This document shows, piece after piece, positions 1 to 9,632 of a stretch of DNA of 64,000 nucleotides. The stretch spans positions 67,360 to 131,359 of the forward strand of contig JAJYNN010000003.1 of assembly GCA_021786315.1 (NCBI GenBank). Reading direction: 5' to 3'. The notes under the pieces were generated by a model. The model was given only the letters and a program-made list of their open reading frames with translations. It had not been told where the DNA came from and did not search any database. The position numbers and the translations under genes are program-made. The stretch comes from a bacterium. GTDB taxonomy: Bacteria > Patescibacteriota > Microgenomatia > Daviesbacterales > UBA10151. Position 1 is the first letter of the stretch, and the number at the start of each line of letters is the position of its first letter.

Positions 1-1
1 A

Positions 2-1084
2 AAATACGGCGGCACCGAAAGGGTAGTTTCAGCCTTAACGGACGAACTGGTAAAGCGGGGACACAAGGTAACCCTGTTTGCCAGCGGTGATTCCGTCACC
101 TCCGCCAAACTGGTTTCCGTCTATCCCAAATCACTGCGGGAAATAAAGATGAAGGACCTTTACGGGCCGAACGTTTGGACAATGCTTAATATCGGGTTGG
201 CTTATTACCATTATGAAGAGTTTGATATTATCCACGACCACGTCGGCCACCCCAGCCTCCCTACGGCCAATATGTCACCCACACCTGTTGCGATGACCCT
301 TCACGGACCGTTTACCACCGAAAATAAGCGGATCTTCCAGACTTTAACCAATCCCTATTTAATCAGCATTTCCGAAGCCCAGGCTAAGTCCGGTCCTCCG
401 GGGTTAAACTATATCGGGAACGTTTACAACGGCCTGCCGATGGAAGACTACCCGTTTTCCAGGGAAAACGAGGGATATCTTCTCTTTGTCGGCAGGATCT
501 CCATGGAAAAGGGTGTCCATAATGCCATTGAGGTAGCCCAGTATCTTGATATCCCCTTAATCATTGCCGCCAAACTGGAGGCCATTGACCTCCCCTACTT
601 TAACGAATACGTCGGCCCCAGGCTTTCCGACACCGTCAGGTGGATCGGGGAGGTGGATGATGCGGAGCGTAACCGTTTAATGAGCAAAGCCCTGGCTTTC
701 TTACACCCAATTACCTGGAAGGAACCATTTGGGCTCACCATGATTGAGGCCATGGCTTGCGGCTGTCCGGTTATCGGTTTTAATAAGGGATCGGTCCCGG
801 AAGTGGTTGAGAACGGCAGATCAGGTTTCGTGGTTGCCGATATTGACGAGATGATTGATGCCGTTGACCACATTAGTTTGCTTGACCGGGAAGAGTGCCG
901 GAGATACGCGCTGGAAAAATTCAGCGCGGCCAAGATGGCGGAAGGCTATGAAAGGATGTATGAAAAGATCATCGAAGAAAAGAAGCACCGGGCAGCAAAG
1001 AAAGACCCTAAAAAAGCTGCTGGATCCGCCCAAAAAGGAGCATTTATCCCCCCAATGTCACCCGTTTTATCTCTAGAATCATAA
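2..1084 (+). CDS. Glycosyltransferase family 4 (GT-B, group 1), 5'-partial (continues upstream of window)
   Basis: Frame 2 is open from the window edge (KYGGTERVVSALTDELVKRGHKVTLFASGDS...). C-terminal half has the GT4 signature EPFGLTMIEAMACGCPVIGFNKGSVPEVVENGRSGFVV (E-x7-E motif). Confidence 0.8.
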   Translation, partial: KYGGTERVVSALTDELVKRGHKVTLFASGDSVTSAKLVSVYPKSLREIKMKDLYGPNVWTMLNIGLAYYHYEEFDIIHDHVGHPSLPTANMSPTPVAMTLHGPFTTENKRIFQTLTNPYLISISEAQAKSGPPGLNYIGNVYNGLPMEDYPFSRENEGYLLFVGRISMEKGVHNAIEVAQYLDIPLIIAAKLEAIDLPYFNEYVGPRLSDTVRWIGEVDDAERNRLMSKALAFLHPITWKEPFGLTMIEAMACGCPVIGFNKGSVPEVVENGRSGFVVADIDEMIDAVDHISLLDREECRRYALEKFSAAKMAEGYERMYEKIIEEKKHRAAKKDPKKAAGSAQKGAFIPPMSPVLSLES

Positions 1085-1161
1085 AACCTATAGTTAATCT
1101 ACCCCCTTGAATTGAGGTCAGTTTGTGCTAAACTGCCACCTTGTTTTAGGAGAAACTGCCC

Positions 1162-2433
1162 ATGGATAACTTAAAACTCTACCAATTAGCACACGATTCC
1201 CTTTTAAATCTGGCAACAGAAGAAGGGATTAACGCATCCGGGAAAAACGATATTTACGGTTGTGTTTTTGGCCGGGATACTGCTTTAACGGTCCTCAAAA
1301 TTTTGCGTGCCCATAAGAAACAGCCCAACACGGCGCTTTTGGAAATTAGCAAAAGAGCCCTGCTGTCTCTGGTTAAGTTGCAGGGGACGGAAGTAAATAT
1401 CGAAAGCGGGGAACAGCCCGGCAAATTTATCCACGAATTCCGCAAAACTGATTTTGGACACCTGCTTTCCGGAGAACGTCCCTGGTATGTTTACCCGGAT
1501 GGCCTGATGCGCAACTACGATTCCATCGATGCTACCCCTTTAGCCCTAATCGCTCTCTATAAATACTGGGAGGCAACCCAAGACAACGGATTTTTGCTTG
1601 CAGTGCTTCCGGCGGTGGAAGCCGGTTTAAACTGGATCGTCACTTACGGGGATATCGATAAAGACCAGCTTTTGGAATATGAATTCCCGGAAGAAAGGCG
1701 TTTTGGCGGCCTCTCTGTCCACTCCTGGACCGATTCCCATCAATCAGTTATAAGACACGACGGAACTTTTCCCGCCTACCCTATCGCCCCGATTGAAGTT
1801 CAGGGATTTGCCTGGCTGGCTTTAAAACTTTGGGGAGATTTTTACTTAACCCAATCGCCGACATTTGCCCACAAGATTATTTCTTTTGCCGATGCAGTTA
1901 AAAGAAAGTTTAACCAGAAGTTTATTTTTAAGGATTACGGAATCTACTTTGGGGCCCAGGCTTTGGATGGCAGAAAAAGCCAAATCCAAACCGTAACAGG
2001 TAACCCCCTTCTTTGTCTTTGGGCTGCCTATCAGGGAAACGGCAGGGTCGAATCTATTGTAGATGAAAGATATATCCCCGGTTTTATTAAACGAACCTTC
2101 CTTCCGGATATGTTCATCGAGGATGCAGGAATAAGGACTATGAGCGCCCTGGCTCCCAACTTTAACCCCAACCAGGATTCCTACCACAACGGCAGCTTTT
2201 GGCCCATCCTAAACGGCCTTGCTATTGAAGGGTTGGAAAATTTTGGGTTTGTCGAGGAAGCGGAGAAACTTAAAACAGCCTCTTTGAAACCCTTTGCTCA
2301 TTTTAGTTCCCCGGTGGAGTTGTACATTAGAAATGCTGAAGGGTATTCCCGATATTGCAATGCCCATGGACAAACCAGTTGCCAGGATCAAGCCTGGTCT
2401 GCTGCCGCCCTCCTAGATATGACAACTGTTTGA
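1162..2433 (+). CDS. Six-hairpin glycoside hydrolase, GDE_C / amylo-alpha-1,6-glucosidase-like (glycogen-debranching-type)
   Basis: 423-aa ORF with an FGRDTALT motif and an (alpha/alpha)6-barrel-type sequence (GSFWPILNGLAIEGL). Upstream there is a putative promoter (TTGAAT-16-TAAACT) and SD AGGAG 9 nt before the ATG. Family assignment is from memory of motifs only. Confidence 0.5.
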   Translation: MDNLKLYQLAHDSLLNLATEEGINASGKNDIYGCVFGRDTALTVLKILRAHKKQPNTALLEISKRALLSLVKLQGTEVNIESGEQPGKFIHEFRKTDFGHLLSGERPWYVYPDGLMRNYDSIDATPLALIALYKYWEATQDNGFLLAVLPAVEAGLNWIVTYGDIDKDQLLEYEFPEERRFGGLSVHSWTDSHQSVIRHDGTFPAYPIAPIEVQGFAWLALKLWGDFYLTQSPTFAHKIISFADAVKRKFNQKFIFKDYGIYFGAQALDGRKSQIQTVTGNPLLCLWAAYQGNGRVESIVDERYIPGFIKRTFLPDMFIEDAGIRTMSALAPNFNPNQDSYHNGSFWPILNGLAIEGLENFGFVEEAEKLKTASLKPFAHFSSPVELYIRNAEGYSRYCNAHGQTSCQDQAWSAAALLDMTTV

Positions 2434-2467
2434 CATCCGTTATATACTATTATGACCTCTCCGAATT

Positions 2468-3868
2468 ATGCCAACTCTTAAAAAAACCATGTTCCGTGAA
2501 TACGACCTCCGGGGACGGGAAGCGGATGATGAGCTAAACGAAGAATCCATGTACCATATCGGACGCGGATTCGGAACTCATCTTAAGAGGAAGGGCATTA
2601 AGGAAGCAACAATTGGACATGATGTCCGGGCCACCTCTGAATCGTTCCATAAAAATTTTATCAAAGGCGTTACAGAATCCGGAGTAGACGTTATCAATAT
2701 CGGCAACGTTACTACCCCTATGGGCTACTGGTCGCAGCACTATTTAAATACCAAGGGCGGGGCAGTAATCACCGCCAGCCATAATCCAGTGGGTTGGAAC
2801 GGAGCGAAAATTAGCGATGATTTTTCTAAAACCATGTTTGGCGAAGAGATCCAACAGATCCACAAGATAATTGCAGATGAAGATTTTGAAAATGGCCAAG
2901 GGTCTATAATTTCCAAAGATATCAAGGAGGCCTATATTCAAGACCTGCTTTCCAAATCCAAGGTCACTAATAAATTTAAAATTTTAGTCAACACCGGAAA
3001 CGGCACTGCGGCAATTGTTGCCCCGGAGCTCTTAAGAAGAGTCGGTTGTGAAGTTATTGAGCATAATACCAATATTGACCCCACATACCCCAACTACACT
3101 CCCAATCCGGAAAATGTGGCCATGATGGAGGACACCATTGCCCAGACAATCAAACATGGATGCGACCTGGGTTTTGCTTTTGACGGGGATGGGGACAGAT
3201 TAGGTTTAGTGGATAACCAGGGACATGTTTTTGCAGCTGATATGATTTTGATTCTCCTGTCCCGGCTTTATCTAAGCCGCCATCCCGGCAACAAAGTCAT
3301 GTTCGATGTTAAAGTTTCCGAAGCCTTACCGGAAGATATTAAAGACCACGGCGGGGAGCCGATCATGTTCCGGACAGGGCATTCTTACATTAAGGCAGAG
3401 ATGAACCGTCAAAATATTTCCCTAACCGGAGAGATGAGCGGCCATATATTTTTCGGCAAGGACTTTGACTATTACGGATTTGATGATTCAATGGTTTCTG
3501 CTTTGAAGGTTTTAGAGTTTTTATCTGAACAAAACGAGCCCCTGGCGGAAATTTTTGCCAGCATCCCCCACTATATTGCTACCCCGATTATCAATGTCGA
3601 AACAGCTGATGAAGTCAAACACGATATCATTAAGCAAATCACTGCCCAATTCAAAAAGGAGGGGTATAAAGTTGTTGATGTCGACGGGGCCAGGGTTTAT
3701 GCCCATGAAGGGTGGGGGTTGGCCCGCGCCTCCAATACTACCCCCAATATTGTCTTGAGATTCGAAGCAAAATCAGAAGAACAAATAGAAAAAATTAAAG
3801 AAATTTTTCGGGAGAAACTCCAAAAATTTAAAGAGGTCAGTACTGACTGGAATTATACCGGCGGTTAA
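2468..3868 (+). CDS. Phosphomannomutase/phosphoglucomutase (alpha-D-phosphohexomutase)
   Basis: Active-site TASHNP(V)GWNG, metal-binding loop FDGDGDRLGLVD, sugar-binding GEMSGHIFF. 466 aa. Confidence 0.9.
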   Translation: MPTLKKTMFREYDLRGREADDELNEESMYHIGRGFGTHLKRKGIKEATIGHDVRATSESFHKNFIKGVTESGVDVINIGNVTTPMGYWSQHYLNTKGGAVITASHNPVGWNGAKISDDFSKTMFGEEIQQIHKIIADEDFENGQGSIISKDIKEAYIQDLLSKSKVTNKFKILVNTGNGTAAIVAPELLRRVGCEVIEHNTNIDPTYPNYTPNPENVAMMEDTIAQTIKHGCDLGFAFDGDGDRLGLVDNQGHVFAADMILILLSRLYLSRHPGNKVMFDVKVSEALPEDIKDHGGEPIMFRTGHSYIKAEMNRQNISLTGEMSGHIFFGKDFDYYGFDDSMVSALKVLEFLSEQNEPLAEIFASIPHYIATPIINVETADEVKHDIIKQITAQFKKEGYKVVDVDGARVYAHEGWGLARASNTTPNIVLRFEAKSEEQIEKIKEIFREKLQKFKEVSTDWNYTGG

Positions 3869-3874
3869 AAAATC

Positions 3875-4084
3875 CTAAGATTGGGGTGGGATAATTATTG
3901 CCGCCAGAATATAGGCAATAATGCCCGGGATGAATCCGGTAAAAATAGTGATAAGCACCCAGGAAAGCCGGAGGATTGTCGGGTCAATATCCAAATATTC
4001 CCCCAGACCACCAAAAACCCCGGCGACCATTCTGTCCTTGTTACTCCGGTATAACTTTTTAGAATTCCTCTTCACTTCTGCCAT
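3875..4084 (-). CDS. PspC-domain membrane protein
   Basis: 69 aa. LYRSNKDRMVAGVFGGLGEYLDIDPTILRL is the canonical PspC motif, followed by one TM helix. ATGA overlap with the upstream gene. Confidence 0.7.
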   Translation of the reverse strand: MAEVKRNSKKLYRSNKDRMVAGVFGGLGEYLDIDPTILRLSWVLITIFTGFIPGIIAYILAAIIIPPQS

Positions 4085-4566
4085 TATATACCAAAATCCC
4101 CACTATCTTGAAGACCCCCGTCATCGTCCATATGCCCGTAGAGCCCGGTCAGGCTGGTTTGGGCAATAATAGAACCCCCCATCTCTTCTTCCAACTCTTC
4201 CTTGGAAGAGCTTGATGGTAAATCTAAGGTTTTGTCTAAAGCATAAAGGTTAAAGATATAACGGTGAACCCCGGAGAGGGGACAAGGAGGCGTATAACCT
4301 GTTCCGCCGCTGCTGTTTACACCCTGTCTGGCTCCCGGAGGCACCTCCCCTTCTTCAATTTCTTCCACATCCGGATTAATATTCCATAAAACCCAATGGG
4401 TAAATGTTCCCGCTGGGGCATCCGGGTCATCGACAACCAAAGTCAGACTCCTGGCTTCCTCCGGGACATCCTCAAAAGACAAAGGCGGGCTCATACCTTC
4501 CCCGTCACAGGTGTATTCCACCGGGATATCTTCATTTTCCTCAAAAGCAGAACTGCTAATCAGCAT
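4084..4566 (-). CDS. YbhB/YbcL family Raf-kinase-inhibitor-like (PEBP) protein
   Basis: 160 aa. DPDAPAG...FTHWVLWNI...GYTPPCP...HRYIFNLYALD are PEBP-family hallmarks. Confidence 0.75.
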   Translation of the reverse strand: MLISSSAFEENEDIPVEYTCDGEGMSPPLSFEDVPEEARSLTLVVDDPDAPAGTFTHWVLWNINPDVEEIEEGEVPPGARQGVNSSGGTGYTPPCPLSGVHRYIFNLYALDKTLDLPSSSSKEELEEEMGGSIIAQTSLTGLYGHMDDDGGLQDSGDFGI

Positions 4567-4632
4567 GTAGAAAATAATACCTTAAAAGGCAAATGCTTTA
4601 CATTAATATTTCTCACCAAAATTATCTGGAAA

Positions 4633-5031
4633 TTAACGCTTTGGAGATTGTTTCTTGGCACGGGCTTTGTGGGCCAAACCATATTTTCTTCGTTCTTTTA
4701 CCCGGGCATCGCGGGTAAGCAAACCATGGTCCTTTAAGACATCGCGGAAATCAGTGGATACTCCGGCTAGCGATCGGGAAATGCCATGGACAACTGCCTG
4801 AAGCTGGGAAGCGGAACCTCCACCAACAACTTTTACCGAAGCAGTGTATTTGCCGAATGTTTTAGTCAATTCAAACGGTTTTTGGTAGGCTTTTTGCTTA
4901 ATCGGTCCACGGAAAACTTCAGCAATCGGTTTGCCGTTAACGGTAACCTGGCCCTGGCCTTCCATAAGCCGGACCCGGGCAATGGCTTCTTTTCTTCTTC
5001 CTACTGCTTGCATTGTGTGGTTAGCTTTCAT
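4633..5031 (-). CDS. rpsI: 30S ribosomal protein S9
   Basis: GGGSASQLQAVVHGISRSL and C-terminal RKYGLAHKARAKKQSPKR are typical uS9. Confidence 0.95.
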   Translation of the reverse strand: MKANHTMQAVGRRKEAIARVRLMEGQGQVTVNGKPIAEVFRGPIKQKAYQKPFELTKTFGKYTASVKVVGGGSASQLQAVVHGISRSLAGVSTDFRDVLKDHGLLTRDARVKERRKYGLAHKARAKKQSPKR

Positions 5032-5033
5032 GG

Positions 5034-5465
5034 TTATTTAGTCTCCTCTTTTTCTTCAACCATCTTTTTGAAAGGATGATCGGATCCTGCAAAAACGTGT
5101 AATTTTTTAATCATCGCCCTTCCTAATTTATTTTTAGGAAGCATGCCTTTGACTGCATGGGTAATAATAGCTTCTGGTTTGCGCTCAATTAATTCATCAA
5201 ACTTTTCTACCCTTAAACCTCCCGGATAGCCGGAGTGCCGGGTATATTTTTTCTCAGTAGCCTTATTTCCGGTAACTTTGACCTTGGCAGCATTAACCAC
5301 AACTACATTGTCACCCATATCCAGGTAAGGAACATAGTTGGGTTTTTTCTTTCCCATTAAAACAGCAGCGATATCCGTAGCCAGTCTTCCTAAAACGGCA
5401 TTTTTGGCATCCACTAATTGCCAGTCTCTTTTAATTTCTCTTGCTGATACAACGTTTGTCGACAT
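5034..5465 (-). CDS. rplM: 50S ribosomal protein L13
   Basis: The N-terminus [45 protein letters not shown] matches uL13. Confidence 0.95.
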   Translation of the reverse strand: MSTNVVSAREIKRDWQLVDAKNAVLGRLATDIAAVLMGKKKPNYVPYLDMGDNVVVVNAAKVKVTGNKATEKKYTRHSGYPGGLRVEKFDELIERKPEAIITHAVKGMLPKNKLGRAMIKKLHVFAGSDHPFKKMVEEKEETK

Positions 5466-5965
5466 TATTTAGTCTCCTTTTTAACTCTCGGTTTTCTCAC
5501 TACTTTTTTCTCAGTCTTTTCTTCTGTTTCTTCTGCTTTTCCGACGTTCTGAGATTCTGATACGCTGACACTCTGATCTATTGATTTCTCTGATTTTCCG
5601 GTTTTCTGATCTTCTGAGATGAGCGTCATCTTTACCAACATAGCTCCGTCTCCGGCTCTGTTGCCAAGCCTCACAACTTGAGTAAAACCGGAAGCCCTGG
5701 TTTTATAGGAAGGGGCAATTTCTTCCAGTAATTTTTTGCTGACTTCTTTTTGGGGCAAGTTTGATTCAACGACTCTTCGGGAAGCGTTGGTATTTTCCCG
5801 GCCTTTAGAAATTAAGCGGTCAACCAAGCCTTTAATAGCTTTAGCTTTGGCTTCAGTGGTAGTTAAATGGCCTTGGAGGATGAGACTACGAACTAAGCCT
5901 CTAAAAAGGGCTGTTCTTTGATTTTTGTCTCTACCAAGGTGCTTACCATAGACTTTATGCCTCAC
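5465..5965 (-). CDS. rplQ: 50S ribosomal protein L17 with ~45-aa Ser/Glu-rich C-terminal extension
   Basis: [24 protein letters not shown] is typical bL17. The C-terminal extension (5538-5628) is encoded by the ctctgat-type repeat element. Confidence 0.9.
   Translation of the reverse strand: MRHKVYGKHLGRDKNQRTALFRGLVRSLILQGHLTTTEAKAKAIKGLVDRLISKGRENTNASRRVVESNLPQKEVSKKLLEEIAPSYKTRASGFTQVVRLGNRAGDGAMLVKMTLISEDQKTGKSEKSIDQSVSVSESQNVGKAEETEEKTEKKVVRKPRVKKETK
5538..5628. repeat. In-frame palindromic ctctgat-type repeat element, copy in the rplQ C-terminus
   Basis: ttctgatacgctgacactctgatctattgatttctctgattttccggttttctgatcttctgag. Homologous to the copies at 9229, 15192 and 19751. Confidence 0.55.
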
Positions 5966-6863
5966 TTAGACTCAAACCCCTTTCCTGAAGTTTTTGGGAG
6001 ATCAAAGTCAAAGACTGTACTCCCAAATTTTTAGTTTTCAAAAGCTGGGCACGGGGTGCAGTGATCAATTTTTCCACAGTCTCGATATCCACAGCTTTTA
6101 AGGCATTGGTAATTCTGACAGGAAGATCTAACTCTTCGACACTAAGCTTTAAGACATCATCCGGGACTTTGGTTTCCTCAACCTCTTCGCCTTCAAATAC
6201 CGGCTCAAAGAGCTGCTTGAAGTAATCGCTTAAAACCTTGGCTGATTGGTTTAAAGCCTCTTCCGGTTTGACACTGCCGTCAGTGGTAATGTTCATCACC
6301 AGCTTGTCGAAGTTAGTGCTGCGGCCAACACGGGTTGGCTCAACTTTGTAATCAACTGAAATTACCGGGGTAAAGATGGAATCAATTGGCAGGACTCCGA
6401 TTTCGGAAGTTTTCTTTTCATCAGCGCCGACATACCCCACACCCTTTTCCGCAGTCATCTCAATATTTAATTTGGCGGAAGGAGTGTTCAAAGATGCAAT
6501 GTGCTGATCAGGGTTAACGATCTCTCCGCCACCCATGGCATTAATATCCCGGGCTTTGACTTCACCTTTTCCGGAAGCCTTAACAACCAATCTGATGGGC
6601 TTATCAGAAAAGATTCTCAGTTTAACCTTCTTAAGGTTCAGGATTATTTGGATAACGTCTTCCGAGATTCCCGGAATGGTGGAGAATTGATGGGAAACTC
6701 CATCGATCTTAATAGTGGAAATAGCAGCTCCTTCTAAACCGGAAAGTAACACCCGGCGCAAAACGCTGCCTAAAGTGTGGCCGAAACCTCTCTCTAAGGG
6801 TTCGATGGCAAAAGAGCCAGAATTATCAGTTTGTTCAATTGTGTTTATTTTAAAATTAATCAT
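5955..6863 (-). CDS. rpoA: DNA-directed RNA polymerase subunit alpha
   Basis: AIEPLERGFGHTLGSVLRRVLLS N-terminal domain signature. 302 aa. Confidence 0.95.
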   Translation of the reverse strand: MINFKINTIEQTDNSGSFAIEPLERGFGHTLGSVLRRVLLSGLEGAAISTIKIDGVSHQFSTIPGISEDVIQIILNLKKVKLRIFSDKPIRLVVKASGKGEVKARDINAMGGGEIVNPDQHIASLNTPSAKLNIEMTAEKGVGYVGADEKKTSEIGVLPIDSIFTPVISVDYKVEPTRVGRSTNFDKLVMNITTDGSVKPEEALNQSAKVLSDYFKQLFEPVFEGEEVEETKVPDDVLKLSVEELDLPVRITNALKAVDIETVEKLITAPRAQLLKTKNLGVQSLTLISQKLQERGLSLSEA

Positions 6864-6865
6864 GG

Positions 6866-7468
6866 TTATCTACTATAATATTCAACAATCAGATGTTCGT
6901 CTATCCCCGACTCGGCCTCATCCCTATTTGGAACCCGTAAAACCTTGCCTACGGTAGCCTTTCTTTCCAGCCACTCCGGCAAGGTAGTTTGAGCATCCAA
7001 ACTTTTTCTAACCTGTGTATTATCTAACATCTTCTTCAAAATAGCAACAGTTGATCCAGGTTTGACTTGAAAGGATGGAATTGTCACTTTTTGGCCGTCA
7101 ACACTGATATGTCCGTGGGAAACCATCTGCCTGGCGCCGGCCCGGGAAGGAGAAAAACCTAAACGGTAAACAACATTATCCAGTCTGGTTTCCAAAAGCT
7201 GCATCAAAACATTCCCGGTATTACCCCTCACCTTGCTGGCAGTTTGATAATATTTGGCAAACTGTTTTTCCAAAAGGCCATAAGTCCTTTTGGCCTTTTG
7301 TTTTTCCCGGAGTTGGATACCGTATTCAGAAACTTTCCGGCGGGCACGGGGATGGACCGGTCCGGGAGGAACAGCTCCTTTTCTTTCAATGAAGGCAGCA
7401 TCTTTAGCAAATAGTGCTACACCTTCACGACGGGATAATTTTCTTTTTGGTCCGGTATAACGCGCCAT
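6866..7468 (-). CDS. rpsD: 30S ribosomal protein S4
   Basis: MARYTGPKRKLSRREGV... is typical uS4. 200 aa. Confidence 0.95.
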   Translation of the reverse strand: MARYTGPKRKLSRREGVALFAKDAAFIERKGAVPPGPVHPRARRKVSEYGIQLREKQKAKRTYGLLEKQFAKYYQTASKVRGNTGNVLMQLLETRLDNVVYRLGFSPSRAGARQMVSHGHISVDGQKVTIPSFQVKPGSTVAILKKMLDNTQVRKSLDAQTTLPEWLERKATVGKVLRVPNRDEAESGIDEHLIVEYYSR

Positions 7469-7582
7469 ATAAATTTAATTTTCAATTTACAATTTTCAAT
7501 TTACAATGGATTTTCAATGTTCTTAATCTTGAAAATTTGATCATTAGTAATTACTTGAAAATTGGTTATTGATACTTGAAAA
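7469..7582 (-). promoter_or_regulatory. AT-rich structured leader upstream of rpsD, with three TTGAAAAT copies and three inverted ATTTTCAA copies
   Basis: The intergenic rpsK-rpsD region holds aattttcaatttacaattttcaatttacaatggattttcaatg followed by cttgaaaatttg...cttgaaaattgg...cttgaaaattatacc. The two arms are mutually complementary, so it can form a long hairpin. Confidence 0.35.
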
Positions 7583-7987
7583 TTATACCCTCCTTTTCTT
7601 TTTAGCCCTCGCACCATTGTGGGGTGTGGGAGTAACATCAGCAATTAAAGTAATATTTAACCCGGCGCTCTTTAAAGCCCGGATAGCAGCATCCCGTCCG
7701 CTCCCAGGTCCTTTGATATAAACCTCAACAGCAGACATGCCGACGCTTTTGGCTTTATTGGCCAACTTTTCCATAGCGGTAATGGCAGCAAATGGAGTAG
7801 CTTTTCTGGTGCCCTTAAATCCGGAAGCTCCGGATGAACCCCAACCCAAGGTGTTGCCTTTTTCATCGGTTAAGGTAATTAAGGTATTGTTAAATGTTGC
7901 GGTTACATAAACTCTCCCGGAAGGGATTTGTTTGTTAACGGCGCTCTTTTTAGTTGCTTTTGTTTTTATAGTTTGTTTCTTGGCCAT
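7583..7987 (-). CDS. rpsK: 30S ribosomal protein S11
   Basis: ATFNNTLITLTDEKGNTLGWGSSGASGFKGTRKATPFAA is typical uS11. Confidence 0.95.
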   Translation of the reverse strand: MAKKQTIKTKATKKSAVNKQIPSGRVYVTATFNNTLITLTDEKGNTLGWGSSGASGFKGTRKATPFAAITAMEKLANKAKSVGMSAVEVYIKGPGSGRDAAIRALKSAGLNITLIADVTPTPHNGARAKKKRRV

Positions 7988-7990
7988 ATA

Positions 7991-8383
7991 TTATTTTCCT
8001 CCGGTTTTGGCGACAACATCCTTTCTCACAGTTCCCACTGTCTTTCTCTTACCGCGTCGGGTCCGGCCATTAGAACGGGTTCTCTGACCTCTGGTAGGCA
8101 AACCCCGGCGGTGCCTAATTCCCCTGTAAGCTCCGATCTCTTCCAGTCTTCTGATGTTTTGGTTAATTTCCTGGATCAAATCCCCCTCAACCTTAAATTG
8201 CTCGACTGCCTTCTGGATCTTTCCAACTTCTTCCTCAGTTAAGTCCTTAATCCTTTTGGCTCCGTCAATTTTAGCATCAGCGATAACTTTTTTAACATTA
8301 GCGCGGCCAATGCCAAAGATATAGGTTAACCCTATATCGACTCTTTTTTCATCTGGTAAGTTTACTCCGGCAATTCTTATCAT
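7991..8383 (-). CDS. rpsM: 30S ribosomal protein S13
   Basis: MIRIAGVNLPDEKRV...YRGIRHRRGLPTRGQRT is typical uS13. Confidence 0.95.
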   Translation of the reverse strand: MIRIAGVNLPDEKRVDIGLTYIFGIGRANVKKVIADAKIDGAKRIKDLTEEEVGKIQKAVEQFKVEGDLIQEINQNIRRLEEIGAYRGIRHRRGLPTRGQRTRSNGRTRRGKRKTVGTVRKDVVAKTGGK

Positions 8384-8385
8384 AA

Positions 8386-8502
8386 TTATCCCTGCCTTTG
8401 CTTATGGCGGGCATCGCGTGAACAAATCACGTAAAGTACACCCTCGCGTTTAACGATTTTACAAAATTTACATCTGGCTTTAATACTTGCTTGTACTTTC
8501 AT
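8386..8502 (-). CDS. rpmJ: 50S ribosomal protein L36 (not in the ORF track; found by hand)
   Basis: The reverse complement translates to [38 protein letters not shown] (38 aa), the canonical bL36 zinc ribbon. It lies between infA and rpsM as in most bacteria. Confidence 0.9.
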   Translation of the reverse strand: MKVQASIKARCKFCKIVKREGVLYVICSRDARHKQRQG

Positions 8503-8506
8503 ATCG

Positions 8507-8749
8507 TTACTTTAACCTAAAAGTAATCCTTCCTTTACTCAAGTCATATTTCGGGCTCATTTCCAGTTTTACCCTATCGCCTGCCAAAAGTTTTATATAG
8601 TGCAAGCGCATCTTGCCGGAAATATGAGCTAAAATTGTATGCCCTTCCAACTCTTTTAAATCAGGGGAGCGGTCAATGACCACCCGAAAGAGCGTGTTAG
8701 GCAATACCTCAGCTATCTTCCCTTCAACCTCAATTACGTCGTTATTCAT
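8507..8749 (-). CDS. infA: Translation initiation factor IF-1
   Basis: [43 protein letters not shown] is the S1-like OB-fold signature of IF-1. Confidence 0.9.
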   Translation of the reverse strand: MNNDVIEVEGKIAEVLPNTLFRVVIDRSPDLKELEGHTILAHISGKMRLHYIKLLAGDRVKLEMSPKYDLSKGRITFRLK

Positions 8750-8813
8750 ATCTTGTTCACAAGACGAACCATTTTAACAAATCTAGCCTCAAATTACAAT
8801 ACTATGGGCAGCA

Positions 8814-9632
8814 CTATAATCCACGCCAATCAGTAGTAATTTCAGGCTTCTTTTTACCCACAATTACCGACATCTCAAACAGGCCACCTAGGCTACCATC
8901 TTTAGTAGAAATTGTCCAGCCATCATCTGTTTCATACACTTCTCCCCGGCCCTCAGCATAAATTACTTCGATTGCCAAAGTCATACCCGTACGCAATATC
9001 AACCCTTTTCCGGCAGTGCCGTACTCAGGGATCTCCGGATCTTCGTGAGCCTCTCTCCCCACTCCATGGCCAGCCAAACTTTTAACAACCGAATAACCCG
9101 CGCCTTCCACACCCTGTTGGATAACTGAGGAGATATCGCCGATTTTTTTGCCCTCAACCGCTTGGGCAATCGCCTTCCATAAAATCTCTTCCCCTACTTT
9201 TAGAAATTTCTCCTTTTCTTTCAGAGTACCGGCGTCTCGGAGTGTCGGAGTGTCGGAATTTTCTGATATTCCGATACTCTGATACTCTGATGCTCTGACT
9301 ATTACCGACCATGCCATATCTGAGTGCCAACCTTCATAAACCGCCCCCAAATCAATCCCCAAAACATCCCCGTCTTTTAATTCTATATCCCTGGGTATCC
9401 CGTGGACAACCTCATCGTTAATAGTCAGGCAGGTGGTCCAGTAATACCCGGGCACAGTTTTGAAGGAAGAACGGCCTCCTAATCTTTGGATCTCATTCTC
9501 GGCGATCTCGTCCAGTTCCTTTAAGGTAATCCCTACCCGAACATTCTCGATAACCTTTTTCATAGCACGGGCGGCAATTTGGCCGCTCTTTCTAAAAAGT
9601 TTGAGCTCTTCTTCTGTTCTAGACTGCACCAT
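8814..9632 (-). CDS. map: Methionine aminopeptidase type I, with an ~25-aa in-frame surface-loop insertion
   Basis: MetAP motifs are present (GHGVGREAHEDPEIPEY, metal ligands). The insertion ASEYQSIGISENSDTPTLRDAGT is encoded by the palindromic repeat at 9229-9299. Confidence 0.9.
   Translation of the reverse strand: MVQSRTEEELKLFRKSGQIAARAMKKVIENVRVGITLKELDEIAENEIQRLGGRSSFKTVPGYYWTTCLTINDEVVHGIPRDIELKDGDVLGIDLGAVYEGWHSDMAWSVIVRASEYQSIGISENSDTPTLRDAGTLKEKEKFLKVGEEILWKAIAQAVEGKKIGDISSVIQQGVEGAGYSVVKSLAGHGVGREAHEDPEIPEYGTAGKGLILRTGMTLAIEVIYAEGRGEVYETDDGWTISTKDGSLGGLFEMSVIVGKKKPEITTDWRGL
9229..9299. repeat. In-frame palindromic repeat element, copy inside map
   Basis: cggcgtctcggagtgtcggagtgtcggaa-ttttctgata-ttccgatactctgatactctgatgctctgac. 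The arms are mutually complementary (11/13 positions, G-U tolerated). Confidence 0.6.
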
